Shown: one piece after another, positions 9,509-19,072 of the stretch
Layout of the letters: every line of letters begins with the position of its first letter
How positions within the stretch are numbered: the first letter of the stretch is position 1
DNA from: Smithellaceae bacterium
Lineage (GTDB): Bacteria; Desulfobacterota; Syntrophia; Syntrophales; Smithellaceae
DNA length: 64,000 nt
NCBI GenBank assembly: GCA_963667845.2
Contig: CAXXVL010000002.1
Location: 288,001-352,000, forward strand
Direction: 5' to 3'
The notes under the pieces: generated by a model
What the model saw: only the letters and a program-made list of their open reading frames with translations
Told to the model about the DNA's origin: nothing
The model's database searches: none
Made by a program: the position numbers and the translations under genes

Positions 9509-10561
9509 ATGGCAGAAGAAAAGCGGGTCCGGTTGACGGAAACGGTCCAGAGCGCGGGTTGAGCCTGTAAGATCGGTCCGGGGGACCTGTCCGACATTCT
9601 CAGCGGGTTGCCGCTCATCTCCGATCCCCATTTGCTGACCGGATATGAACATGCGGAAGACGCGGGCGTGTATCAACTCTCCGATGACCTCGCCCTGGTT
9701 CAGACCGTTGATTTTTTTACGCCGACGGTGGATGATCCCTATACCTTCGGGCAGATCGCCGCAACCAACGCGATCAATGATATTTACGCCATGGGCGCAA
9801 AACCCATGACAGCCATGAACATTGTCTGCTTCCCGATCAAGACGATGGATAAATCAGTTTTACGCGACGTTTTGCGCGGGGGACTGGATAAGATGCGCGA
9901 AGCCGGCGTTCTTTTGATCGGCGGCCACAGCGTGGAAGACAACGAAATCAAATACGGTCTTTCCGTGACCGGGACCATCAATCCCCGACGCGTGCTCATG
10001 AACCGCGGCGCGAGACCCGGCGATAAACTCATCCTGACCAAGCCGCTGGGCACGGGTATCATCAGTACGGCACTCAAGGCCAATGCCGTGAGCGATGCCG
10101 TTTTGGCAAAATCGATCGCCTGCATGACGGAGCTCAACAAAAAAGCCGCCGAACTAGTGATCGCCGCCGGGGAGATTCATTCCTGCACGGATATTACCGG
10201 CTTCGGTTTTCTGGGACATGCCTCAGAAACCATTGAAGGCAGTGATGTCGGCCTCAGGATCGCTGCACAGTCGATCCCGATCCTCGAAGGCGTAAAGGAG
10301 CTGCTGGAAGAAGGCTATGCGCCGGGCGGTCTCACTCGCAACCGGAATTACCGCCTGGCCCAGGTCGAAAAGGCTCCATCCTGCCCGGACTGGATTTTTG
10401 ACGTCTGCTTTGATCCGCAAACCGCCGGTGGTTTGTTTTTCAGCCTGCCTGCGGCCAGAGCGCAGAAACTTCTGGATGCGCTGCACGAGGCGGGGATAAA
10501 AGAGGCCGCCATCGTAGGTGATGTGATAGACAGCCATCCCGGTAAAATTTTGATCGGGTGA
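9509..10561 (+). CDS. selD: Selenide, water dikinase containing selenocysteine (UGA codon 18)
   Basis: ATG 9509 gives MAEEKRVRLTETVQSAG-TGA(9560-9562)-ACKIGPGDL in frame with EDAGVY, VQTVDFFTP, GGHS, TDITGFG, DPQTAGGL. Confidence 0.95.
9563..9595 (+). promoter_or_regulatory. Candidate bacterial SECIS hairpin
   Basis: GGTCC-GGG-GGACC stem-loop beginning 12 nt after the in-frame UGA. Confidence 0.55.
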
Positions 10562-10590
10562 TCCTTCAAAGGACATAAACGGGAAGAATC

Positions 10591-11661
10591 ATGAGACTGG
10601 AATCGACATCCATCAAAAACGAGACCCAGCAGAATTTGAAAAGGATGCTGGAACTCGCCCATCCCGATGACGGGCTGCTCCTGTTGATGTATGGCAGCCC
10701 GGACCCCGACGCCATGGCCTCGGCCATGGCGCTGAGAGAGTTATTCCGGCAGAAAAAAGGAATGTCCAGGTTTGTTTTTGCGGCAACCGAGCCCTTTCGA
10801 AGGCAGCAAAACAAGGAGCTGGCCCAGGCGATGCGGATCGGCATACGGTTGCTTCCCCAACTGGATCTCAGCACCTTCCAGATGATCGCGCTGGTCGACG
10901 CGCAGCCCTCTTTCTTCGGCGACCAGCTCCAGTCCGTTAAACCGACCATCGTTTTCGATCATCATCCCCGTCAAGGCGAATGGTCGGCGGAGCTTACGGA
11001 TATCCGTCCTCAGTATGGAGCGCTCGCCAGCATTCTGACGGAATACCTCCGCTGCGCACACGTCCGGATTCCCCGTATTTTACACACGGCGCTCCTGTAT
11101 GGCATTAAAACGGACACGGACAATTTCGACCGTGAAACGTTGAGCGAAGACATTCAAGCCTATCTGTATCATGCCCGGCGCGCCAACATGCGGCTGATCC
11201 GGCGTATCGAACTCAATCAGACGCCCAGGAGCTACTTGAAATATTTTGATCATGCCTTTCATCACATGACTCACTATCGTGGCCGCCGCGTCGGATTCCT
11301 GGGATACGTGGAAAGCCCGGACGTTTGCGTGCAGGTGGCGGATTTCTATCTGCGGCTGATCGGCACGTACTACGTCGTCGTCGCCGGCATCGTCAACGAC
11401 AAACTGATCATTATCTTCCGGGGAGACGGCTACCGGCAGGACTGCGGCGCGATTGCGCAAAATGCCTGCGGTCTGATCGGCCAGGGGGGCGGTCATCGCA
11501 GCGCTGCCCGCATTCAGATTCCGCTGGACGCATTAAAAGCCGAGTTAAAGGATGATTTATCTCAACAGAGCATTGATCATTTCTTGAATGAATGCCTGAA
11601 GAGAGTCCACAAAGCGAAAGAATATCCCGCCGCGATAGAAACCGGGACGAAAAATTCATGA
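10591..11661 (+). CDS. DHH family phosphoesterase
   Basis: PDPDAMAS, VDAQP, FDHHP, GIKTDT, GGGH motifs. Confidence 0.92.
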   Translation: MRLESTSIKNETQQNLKRMLELAHPDDGLLLLMYGSPDPDAMASAMALRELFRQKKGMSRFVFAATEPFRRQQNKELAQAMRIGIRLLPQLDLSTFQMIALVDAQPSFFGDQLQSVKPTIVFDHHPRQGEWSAELTDIRPQYGALASILTEYLRCAHVRIPRILHTALLYGIKTDTDNFDRETLSEDIQAYLYHARRANMRLIRRIELNQTPRSYLKYFDHAFHHMTHYRGRRVGFLGYVESPDVCVQVADFYLRLIGTYYVVVAGIVNDKLIIIFRGDGYRQDCGAIAQNACGLIGQGGGHRSAARIQIPLDALKAELKDDLSQQSIDHFLNECLKRVHKAKEYPAAIETGTKNS

Positions 11662-12695
11662 GAGACATCGGATTTCGAAAAGAGCTCACGACCGGTCATT
11701 ATCTCAATCCGTTTGCCGGGTTTGAACCGAAAGACATCCCCATCGAGGAACGCTATGACGAAACCACCGGTGTCGCCAGCCGCATCCTCCCCTACCGCGT
11801 TCGCCCCACGCAAAAACCGGACACGGCCGCCTATGTGGAGAAGTCTCCGGAATCGATCTGTCCGTTCTGCCCGGAGCTCTTTGATAAGATGACGCCGAAA
11901 TTTACGCCGGACATTACAGCTTGCGGAAAATTCAGACACGGCGGCGCCTGTTTGTTTCCCAATGCTTTCCCTTACGACGCTACCAATACCGTCGCGATTC
12001 TTTCATCGCGCCACTTCACCCCCCTGGATCAGCTGACGGCGGAGACGATGCATGACGGTTTTGCCGTCTGCCGTGATTATTTTTACCGGATCGCCGAACT
12101 GCAGAAAGGATATCAATACGGCTCCATCAACTGGAATTACATGCCGCCCGCGGGAGGCGGGCTGATTCATCCCCATCTGCAGACGACTTTGGGCAGGAAC
12201 CCGACGAATTTTATGGGACGGCTCCTGGCCAGTGCGCAGAATTACCAAGCTGCCTCCGGCGGCAATCTATGGAGGAATCTGCTGGTGATCGAGCAGGAAG
12301 CCGGGGAGCGATTCGTCGCCACAACCGGCGCTATTTCATGGCTGACTGCTTTCTCTCCCAAAGGCATGGCGGGTGAAATCGATTTTTATTTCAAAGAGAA
12401 GACATCGTTTTTCGATCTGACGGAGGCCAATTTTGAGGAGTTGCTGATGGGCCTGGCCCGGATCTTCCTTTATCTCTACGTCAATAATTACATGAGTTTT
12501 AACCTGTCGCTTTATACCACGCTGACCCCGGAAAAAAACTTCTGGGTGCAGGGCAAAATCATCCCCCGGTTTGAAATCAATCCTCTGGGCACAAGCGACC
12601 TCAATTACTTTGAAAAGCTGCACAATGAAATCATCTGCCCGGTTGTGCCGGAACAGTTGTGCAAGGCATTGCAGAAGTATTTTACGGCACCTTAA
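11658..12695 (+). CDS. Galactose-1-phosphate uridylyltransferase-like (GalT branch of HIT superfamily)
   Basis: CPFC, FPNAFPY, INWNY, HPHLQ (HxHxQ); ATGA overlap with DHH gene. Confidence 0.8.
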   Translation: MRDIGFRKELTTGHYLNPFAGFEPKDIPIEERYDETTGVASRILPYRVRPTQKPDTAAYVEKSPESICPFCPELFDKMTPKFTPDITACGKFRHGGACLFPNAFPYDATNTVAILSSRHFTPLDQLTAETMHDGFAVCRDYFYRIAELQKGYQYGSINWNYMPPAGGGLIHPHLQTTLGRNPTNFMGRLLASAQNYQAASGGNLWRNLLVIEQEAGERFVATTGAISWLTAFSPKGMAGEIDFYFKEKTSFFDLTEANFEELLMGLARIFLYLYVNNYMSFNLSLYTTLTPEKNFWVQGKIIPRFEINPLGTSDLNYFEKLHNEIICPVVPEQLCKALQKYFTAP

Positions 12696-12737
12696 ATGCC
12701 GTCCGGACACAGGGGGTAGGGGTCGTTTATGATAGAG

Positions 12738-12767
12738 AAAAGGCGGCATCTTTTTGCCGCCTTTTTT
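12738..12767. terminator. Bidirectional intrinsic terminator
   Basis: AAAAGGCGGCA-loop-TGCCGCCTTTTTT between convergent genes. Confidence 0.8.
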
Positions 12768-12870
12768 AATCGACCACCTCGCAGCAAGCTGTCGAGGCAT
12801 GAAATGAATATTATTGTATCGCAGAAAACTGCGGAGAATTAACGCTCGTCCCCTGGTGAGCGGGATTAAA
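12766..12870 (+). repeat. Dispersed MITE/REP-like element, copy 1 (long form)
   Basis: TTAATCGACCACCTCGCAGCAAGCTG...GAATTAACGCTCGTCCC...GAGCGGGATTAAA, matching four other intergenic sites. Confidence 0.85.
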
Positions 12871-12882
12871 TCATCGAATCTT

Positions 12883-13170
12883 CTAATCCTCTTTGCTCGT
12901 GCTTGCCTTTGCCGGCGGCGCATCGGAAGATGCCGAAGAACTTTCGCTTGCCGCCGTTTCCTTTTTTTCGGTCTTGGCGGGCTGAGGCTTCTTCCCGGCG
13001 TAATCCGTCGCGTACCAGCCGGAACCTTTCAGGCTGAAGGACGACAGCGACATCATCTTTTGAACCTTACCCTTGCAGAATTTGCATGTTTTTAGATCCG
13101 GTTCGGTGATCCCCTGGAATGCTTCAAATTGTTTACCACACTTCTTACACTGATATTCGTAGATAGGCAC
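12883..13170 (-). CDS. FmdB family zinc-ribbon protein
   Basis: MPIYEYQCKKCG...CKFC...LKGSGWYATDY. Confidence 0.93.
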   Translation of the reverse strand: MPIYEYQCKKCGKQFEAFQGITEPDLKTCKFCKGKVQKMMSLSSFSLKGSGWYATDYAGKKPQPAKTEKKETAASESSSASSDAPPAKASTSKED

Positions 13171-13187
13171 TGTATAACCTCCTAAAA

Positions 13188-13724
13188 TTAATTATATAAA
13201 TCACTAATCTTAAACTCGCCGCTGAAGCAGTCGAGCACGATGTCCATGTTATTTTGCTTTATGGGCTGCAGAGCTCTCCTCGTCAAATTGTGAACAATTT
13301 TTTCTTCATTTTCTTTTTCTTCATCCGGCGCATTGAAATCGATCTCGCCGTTTCCGAACCGAAGGACGTGAATCAGTTCATGGACGGCAATGTATAGCAT
13401 TAACGGACTAAATTTTATAAAAGAATTGGCCCGCTCCACCGCATCCAGAATAATATTATCCTGCAAGCACACCCGGTAAAAATCAAAACCCTCTTTCCCG
13501 TCCGGACTCAAATCCGACGGCTTTTCGTAGGAGTACTTGCAAAGCTGTGCAAATGCGTCGCCTTTTACTTCATGCTGCTCCAAAAAGGCAAGTGTTTTTA
13601 CATCATACTTATTCTTGCGCAGATCATTCTCACTTAAGCGAAAATGCTGTGAAACCAGCTTTTCCGCATCGTTAAATGCTCTCGCGGCCACCGGTATCTG
13701 CGTTTGACTAAAATAGCGCGTCAT
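13188..13724 (-). CDS. Hypothetical protein with HExxH motif
   Basis: 178-aa ORF with VHELIH; promoter upstream. Confidence 0.75.
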   Translation of the reverse strand: MTRYFSQTQIPVAARAFNDAEKLVSQHFRLSENDLRKNKYDVKTLAFLEQHEVKGDAFAQLCKYSYEKPSDLSPDGKEGFDFYRVCLQDNIILDAVERANSFIKFSPLMLYIAVHELIHVLRFGNGEIDFNAPDEEKENEEKIVHNLTRRALQPIKQNNMDIVLDCFSGEFKISDLYN

Positions 13725-13756
13725 AAAAGCACCCGAACCATTTCTAAAGCTACGGT

Positions 13757-13785
13757 AATATAACTATAAACTCCTTCCGTGTCAA
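13757..13785 (-). promoter_or_regulatory. Sigma70 promoter
   Basis: TTGACA-17 nt-TATATT. Confidence 0.6.
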
Positions 13786-13928
13786 TATATTGCCGGAGGG
13801 GACACTTGCCCATTGCATAGAGTATCCTTATTATATTGCAGTATAAGGAATTTCTTGTCAAATGATGTTGCCGATGTTAGTATTCGCACTTGTTTTCAAC
13901 TGCAATTACATCGGTAAAGGGAAACTTG

Positions 13929-14780
13929 ATGATTGAACTCATCGCAAAGAGTCGGAACCGACAAAAAAACGGCTCGGTCGCCGGCAACGGTTCAGCGCTA
14001 CTCCAGCCGTTTGCCTACATCGGCCGAAAAGTCATCAGCTGGGTGAATAATCTCGGGGCGGCGTCAATTTTTCTTTATCTTGCTCTTTTGCAGACCTTCC
14101 GGCGCAAACAACTGTCCAAAACGATTGAACAGGTTTACTTCATCGGCGCACGATCGATCACCATCATCATGCTGGTCAGCCTTTTCACCGGGATGGTTCT
14201 CGGGCTGCAGGCTTACCATTCTTTATCCAAATTCGGCGCGCAGGGAGCAGTCGGATCGCTGGTGGCCCTCTCGCTCATTATGGAGCTGGGTCCGGTGCTG
14301 ACGGCCATCATGATCACGGCCCGGGCGGGTTCGGCCATCGCCGCGGAAATCGGTATCCAACGGATCAGCGAGCAGATTGACGCCTTGCATACGATGCACA
14401 TCAATCCGCTTCGCTACGCTGTGAGCCCCAAAATTACCGCTGCGATCATCAGTTTCCCCCTGCTCACCGCCGTATCCGATTTGGTCGGAATTTTCGGCGG
14501 CTACATTTCCGGGGTTGTACTCCTGGGTTTGAACGGCAGCGTTTATTGGAACAGCGTCCAGACGTACGTAGCCATGTCCGATATTACGAACGGCTTTACC
14601 AAGTCGCTCGTTTTCGCCGTCATCGTCGCCACGGTTTGTTGCTACCAGGGTTATTTCGCTCACATGCGCAAAGACAGCCATGGGGCCCAGGCGGTGGGTC
14701 TCGCCACCACATCCGCCGTCGTCGTATCCTGCGTACTGATTTTGATTTCGGACTATGTTGTGACGTCCCTTTTGCTATAG
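13929..14780 (+). CDS. mlaE: MlaE family ABC permease
   Basis: FTGMVLGLQ, ELGPVLTA, ARAGSAIAAEIG, EQIDAL. Confidence 0.93.
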   Translation: MIELIAKSRNRQKNGSVAGNGSALLQPFAYIGRKVISWVNNLGAASIFLYLALLQTFRRKQLSKTIEQVYFIGARSITIIMLVSLFTGMVLGLQAYHSLSKFGAQGAVGSLVALSLIMELGPVLTAIMITARAGSAIAAEIGIQRISEQIDALHTMHINPLRYAVSPKITAAIISFPLLTAVSDLVGIFGGYISGVVLLGLNGSVYWNSVQTYVAMSDITNGFTKSLVFAVIVATVCCYQGYFAHMRKDSHGAQAVGLATTSAVVVSCVLILISDYVVTSLLL

Positions 14781-14789
14781 AGAGGTTTC

Positions 14790-16040
14790 ATGGACACGCC
14801 GCTTATTGAATTTCAAAATGTTACCAAACGCTTCGGTGATAAAACCGTCCTGGATCGGGTTAATCTGCAGATTTACGAGGGACAGGTCACAACGATTATC
14901 GGACTTTCCGGTTCCGGCAAAAGTGTTCTTCTCAAGCACATCATCGGACTCATAGAGCCCGACGAAGGCGTCATTCTCTTCCGCGGCAAACCGATTACCG
15001 GCGGCGACCGCTCGGATATTTCCGAATCTTTTAATCAGATAAGCTATATGTTTCAGGGTAACGCCTTGTTCGATTCCTTAACCGTTTATGACAATATCGC
15101 CCTGCCGCTTCGCGAAACCACCACTTTGAAAAAGGCGGAAATCCACCGGCGGGTCATGTCCCGCATCAAGCAGACGGAGCTCACCGAAGCCATTTCCAGA
15201 TACCCGTCTGAGCTTTCCGGGGGAATGCAAAAGAGAGCCGCCCTTGCCCGCGCGCTGATTACCGATCCGCAAATCGTCCTCTTTGATGAGCCGACCACGG
15301 GCCAGGACCCCGTCCGCAAAAATGCGATTCTGAGCATGATCGCCCAGTACCAGCGCAAGTTCAATTTCACAGCCGTCCTGGTGAGCCATGAGATTCCGGA
15401 CGTTTATTTCATCTCCAACCGCATCCTTGCCCTCTACGACCGGCAGATCGTCTTTCAGGGAACGCCGGAGGAACTGGAAAATTTCGACCATCCGTTCATG
15501 AATGAGGTCATCGGCTCCCTGGAGGCGCTGCAAAAGGAATTAACCGGACTGTATTCGCAGCGCCAGTTCAAGGTACTCAATCACTTGCAGTTGAAGCGGC
15601 GGGTCGCCGGAGAACCCTATTGCCTGGTAGACTTCCGGCTGGAGGAGCTCAACGCGCTCATCAGCACGGTCGGGCATGAAGCGGCGCAGGAAGCGGTCCG
15701 GAACATGGGATTATACATCGACAAACACTTCGGCACGATCGGCGGCATTTCCACGCGCCGCAATACCAGCGAGATCATCACGATGCTTCCCTACTCCACC
15801 CTTCTCGAGACGGAGGGCATCATGAAGAATTTCATCCAGGATTTCAATGACCAGACGATCCCGCTGATCCAGGCGGAATCATGCAAATGGGCGGAGGGCA
15901 GTTCCGTCGCCGTGTCGATTACCGCCGGAGTCGCCGAGGGTGTCGCGGAGAGTGACATCGACGCGGTGATCGCGCAGGCCAGGGCACAACAAAAAGAAAT
16001 CGGGCGGATCCAATGTTCCGCCGAGGGAGTGAATGCATGA
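14790..16040 (+). CDS. mlaF: MlaF family ABC ATPase with C-terminal degenerate GGDEF-like domain
   Basis: GLSGSGKS, LSGGMQKR, LFDEPTTG, then LTGLYSQRQF...VGHEAA...SITAGVA extension. Confidence 0.88.
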   Translation: MDTPLIEFQNVTKRFGDKTVLDRVNLQIYEGQVTTIIGLSGSGKSVLLKHIIGLIEPDEGVILFRGKPITGGDRSDISESFNQISYMFQGNALFDSLTVYDNIALPLRETTTLKKAEIHRRVMSRIKQTELTEAISRYPSELSGGMQKRAALARALITDPQIVLFDEPTTGQDPVRKNAILSMIAQYQRKFNFTAVLVSHEIPDVYFISNRILALYDRQIVFQGTPEELENFDHPFMNEVIGSLEALQKELTGLYSQRQFKVLNHLQLKRRVAGEPYCLVDFRLEELNALISTVGHEAAQEAVRNMGLYIDKHFGTIGGISTRRNTSEIITMLPYSTLLETEGIMKNFIQDFNDQTIPLIQAESCKWAEGSSVAVSITAGVAEGVAESDIDAVIAQARAQQKEIGRIQCSAEGVNA

Positions 16041-16519
16041 AAAAATATACTATGGAGACCATCGTCGGCATCTTCGTTGTGGTCGGGCTGATCTGCGTGG
16101 GCTATATGACGGTCAAACTCGGAAAACTGAACGTGTTCGGCGACGACACCTACCCGCTTATCGCCAAGTTCACGACGGTCACTGGTCTGAAGGCGGGCAA
16201 TCCCGTGAACATTCTGGGCATTAATGTCGGTCGCGTAGAGCAGATTACCATGGACCAGGAAAATCAAAAGGCCGTGGTCGAAGTGCGGATAAAGAAAGGC
16301 ATTAAGATCTACGACGATGCCATCGCTTCGATTAAAACGGAAGGTCTGATCGGGGACAAGTATCTCAGCATTGACCCGGGCGGCGGTGGCGAACTCCTGA
16401 AACCCAAAGGCGTGATCACGGATACGCAAGCGGCCGTGGATATTGAATCGCTCATCAGCAAGTATGCTTTCGGCGAAGTGAAAAAGGACCAGAAACAGGA
16501 CAAGGGAGGTCAGAAATGA
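16037..16519 (+). CDS. mlaD: MlaD (MCE domain) protein
   Basis: ETIVGIFV, GLKAGNPV..GINVGRV, IKTEGLIGDKY. Confidence 0.93.
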   Translation: MKKYTMETIVGIFVVVGLICVGYMTVKLGKLNVFGDDTYPLIAKFTTVTGLKAGNPVNILGINVGRVEQITMDQENQKAVVEVRIKKGIKIYDDAIASIKTEGLIGDKYLSIDPGGGGELLKPKGVITDTQAAVDIESLISKYAFGEVKKDQKQDKGGQK

Positions 16520-17109
16520 AAACGCGTTACATGGTATTCAGTCTATTGATGATCATGATATTAGCCGTTCCGGCGCACGCCGGAGCACCGACTGTCGCCG
16601 TAGAGGCCACCGTCAACCGGGTACTGGACGTCCTCAAGGATCCCAAACTAAAAGCACCGAGCGCAAAAGAAGCCAGGAAGGGCGAACTCCGCGTCATTTA
16701 CAAAGATATGTTTGATGAAATAGAATTCTCCAAGCGCACGCTGACGCGCAACTGGAACAAGTTTACCCCTCCGCAGCGCAAGGAGTTTGTCGACCTTTTT
16801 GAGCAGATTCTGGAAAAGACATATCTCGATAAAATTCTCGAATACTCCAATGAAAAAATCGTCTTTTACAAAGAGACCATGATGTCGGATACCCAGGCCG
16901 AAGTTCAGTCAAAGGTCGTTACCTCCTCCAAGGAGATTCCGATTTTTTATCGGATGTTACTGAAAAACGGAAAGTGGAAAGTTTATGACGTCGTTGTAGA
17001 AAATGTCAGTCTGGTTCAAAACTATCGTAACCAGTTCAATGAAATCCTTGCCAGCAGCACTCCGGAGCAACTGCTGCAGACTCTGCGGGACAAGGTAAAA
17101 AAACATTAA
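16516..17109 (+). CDS. mlaC: MlaC/Ttg2D periplasmic lipid shuttle
   Basis: Signal peptide, WKVYDVVVENVSLVQNYRNQF. Confidence 0.93.
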   Translation: MKTRYMVFSLLMIMILAVPAHAGAPTVAVEATVNRVLDVLKDPKLKAPSAKEARKGELRVIYKDMFDEIEFSKRTLTRNWNKFTPPQRKEFVDLFEQILEKTYLDKILEYSNEKIVFYKETMMSDTQAEVQSKVVTSSKEIPIFYRMLLKNGKWKVYDVVVENVSLVQNYRNQFNEILASSTPEQLLQTLRDKVKKH

Positions 17110-17237
17110 GGAAGAGTGACCGACTTTAAATGATCGCCGGGGTAGGATCTTTTCCCACAAATGGCGGAATATCCCGGCACCGGCAAACCGGCAATGGGCT
17201 TTTTTTAAAGAGCCCGGAAAAAGGTGGATATCCATTC

Positions 17238-18167
17238 ATGAAATCTCGCTTCTTATGGGTTATCGGGTTCGTCATCCTGTTCGCGGGATGGACGCTTGGC
17301 TCCTGTCTGGCCGCTGAACCGGCGCAAAGCCAGGAAGCGGCAGCCATGTCGTCGCAACCGGCATCGCCTTTGAAAAAAGTCACAGCGCCGGCTCCGGCGT
17401 CAAAAGGCACGTCAGACTCCGTGTCCGACGACTACAAAGATGATGAGAACCTCGATTACAAAGACGAACCTTTTGCCGAAGAACAAGTCACCATTGCCGA
17501 TCCGATAGAACCCTTTAACAGGGCCATGAACCAGGTCAACGATAAGATGTACTTCTGGCTGCTCAAACCCGCTGCACAGGGTTATAAAGTCGTCGTCCCG
17601 GAACCCGCACGCATCAGCGTGAAGAATTTCTTCTCCAATCTCAAATTCCCCGTCCGCTTCGTCAGCTGCGTGCTGCAGACGGATTTTAAAGGCGCAGCTA
17701 CGGAAACCGGCCGGTTCGTCATCAACACCGTGTGGGGCATCGGCGGACTTATGGATCCCGCCGCAGGCCCGGAATTGGCTCTGGAGCGGCAGGACACCGA
17801 CCTGGGACAGACCCTGGGGGTTTACGGCGTCGGTCATGGATTCTACATCGTCTGGCCGTTTTTCGGACCGTCCAGCCCACGGGACACGGTGAGCCTCATC
17901 GGCGATCAGGTGCTTTATCCGCTTTCTTTTTTGAATATCTGGTACACCTCATTTATCACCAAACCCATCGAGGTTATCAACGCTACGTCCCTGAGAATCG
18001 GAGATTATGAATCGCTCATCGGGGCCGCCATTGATCCTTACGTGGCCATCCGCAACGCCTATATCCAGTACCGGATGAAAGATGTGAAGGCCCGCAAGGC
18101 GAAGTCTTTACTTTTTAAAGACGGCGACAGCGCAAGTCCGGCGGCAGACGCGCCGCCAAAAAGCTAA
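17238..18167 (+). CDS. mlaA: MlaA/VacJ family protein
   Basis: DPIEPFNR, RFVINTVWGIGG, DLGQTLG, PFFGPSSPRD, DPYVAIRNAY. Confidence 0.93.
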   Translation: MKSRFLWVIGFVILFAGWTLGSCLAAEPAQSQEAAAMSSQPASPLKKVTAPAPASKGTSDSVSDDYKDDENLDYKDEPFAEEQVTIADPIEPFNRAMNQVNDKMYFWLLKPAAQGYKVVVPEPARISVKNFFSNLKFPVRFVSCVLQTDFKGAATETGRFVINTVWGIGGLMDPAAGPELALERQDTDLGQTLGVYGVGHGFYIVWPFFGPSSPRDTVSLIGDQVLYPLSFLNIWYTSFITKPIEVINATSLRIGDYESLIGAAIDPYVAIRNAYIQYRMKDVKARKAKSLLFKDGDSASPAADAPPKS

Positions 18168-18189
18168 ATACAAGAGAGGAGAAATCCTT

Positions 18190-18972
18190 ACGAAAAGAAT
18201 TATTTTCATCATCGCGGCAATTTTATTGCTTCTTGTCCCCGGTACCGCTGCACTGGCGGACGGCATGTTCGGCCCGCCGCAAACCCTTTCCCGAAAATCG
18301 GGAGGCCTCAATACCGCCGTCGCTTACCGGTATGCCGAAGACACATTCCGGCACGATGCAGACTATGTCATCCGGCAAAACCAGGTCTATTCCCAGGCGG
18401 CTTACGGTGCGGGCGACATCTGGGAAGTCTACGGGCGCATCGGCATATCGGACCTCAGAATATCCGGCGCGTTTGTCTCCACGGATGCGGCCACGTCTAC
18501 GACCAAAACCGACTTTGCCGAAAACTGGAAATTTTTCGGCACACTCGGCGCCAAGGCATTTCTCCCTCTGGGCAAGATCTTCGGCATCGGCGCCTTTGTT
18601 CAGGGAACCTACCATATGAGCAACTATACGGATAACGTAGCCGGCGTCCATAACGGCACGCCCTTTGAAACCGATCTGAAGATTAAGAATCTCTGGGATG
18701 TCCATGGCGGTATCGGTCTTCAGGCAACGGTCCCCTGGAATATCAAACTCTACGCCGGTCCCTACGTCTATTATTCGGAAGCCGATGCGGTTCTAACGCC
18801 CACTGTACCGGGAATCCTTTTCGGTGCGGAAAACGTCTCTGTGCATAACAAGTCGATCGCGGGCGGATTTTTCGGTATCGACGTTCCTCTGGCCAAAGGA
18901 TTTCGCCTGAACATCGAAGGGCAGTTTGCGGACCGTTTTTCAGTCGGATCGGCTGTGACTTACACTTATTGA
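18190..18972 (+). CDS. Outer-membrane beta-barrel protein; apparent start codon is ACG
   Basis: Alternating beta-strand pattern, C-terminal VTYTY; signal peptide KRIIFIIAAILLLLVPGTAALA follows ACG 7 nt after AGGAGA. Confidence 0.7.
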   Translation, partial: TKRIIFIIAAILLLLVPGTAALADGMFGPPQTLSRKSGGLNTAVAYRYAEDTFRHDADYVIRQNQVYSQAAYGAGDIWEVYGRIGISDLRISGAFVSTDAATSTTKTDFAENWKFFGTLGAKAFLPLGKIFGIGAFVQGTYHMSNYTDNVAGVHNGTPFETDLKIKNLWDVHGGIGLQATVPWNIKLYAGPYVYYSEADAVLTPTVPGILFGAENVSVHNKSIAGGFFGIDVPLAKGFRLNIEGQFADRFSVGSAVTYTY

Positions 18973-18976
18973 TTTT

Positions 18977-19039
18977 TTAATCAACCACCTCGCAGCAAGC
19001 TGCGGAGAATTGACGTTTGTCCCGCGTGAGCGGGATTAA
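18977..19039 (+). repeat. Dispersed MITE/REP-like element, copy 2 (short form)
   Basis: TTAATCAACCACCTCGCAGCAAGCTGCGGAGAATTGACGTTTGTCCCGCGTGAGCGGGATTAA. Confidence 0.85.
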
Positions 19040-19072
19040 CCCTGATCGTATATGCGAAAAAAAGGATTCATC

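Noticed and set aside
9608..10561. ORF-track start for selD, or a selD pseudogene call
   Set aside because: The upstream TGA sits at the known Sec position in frame with ATG 9509
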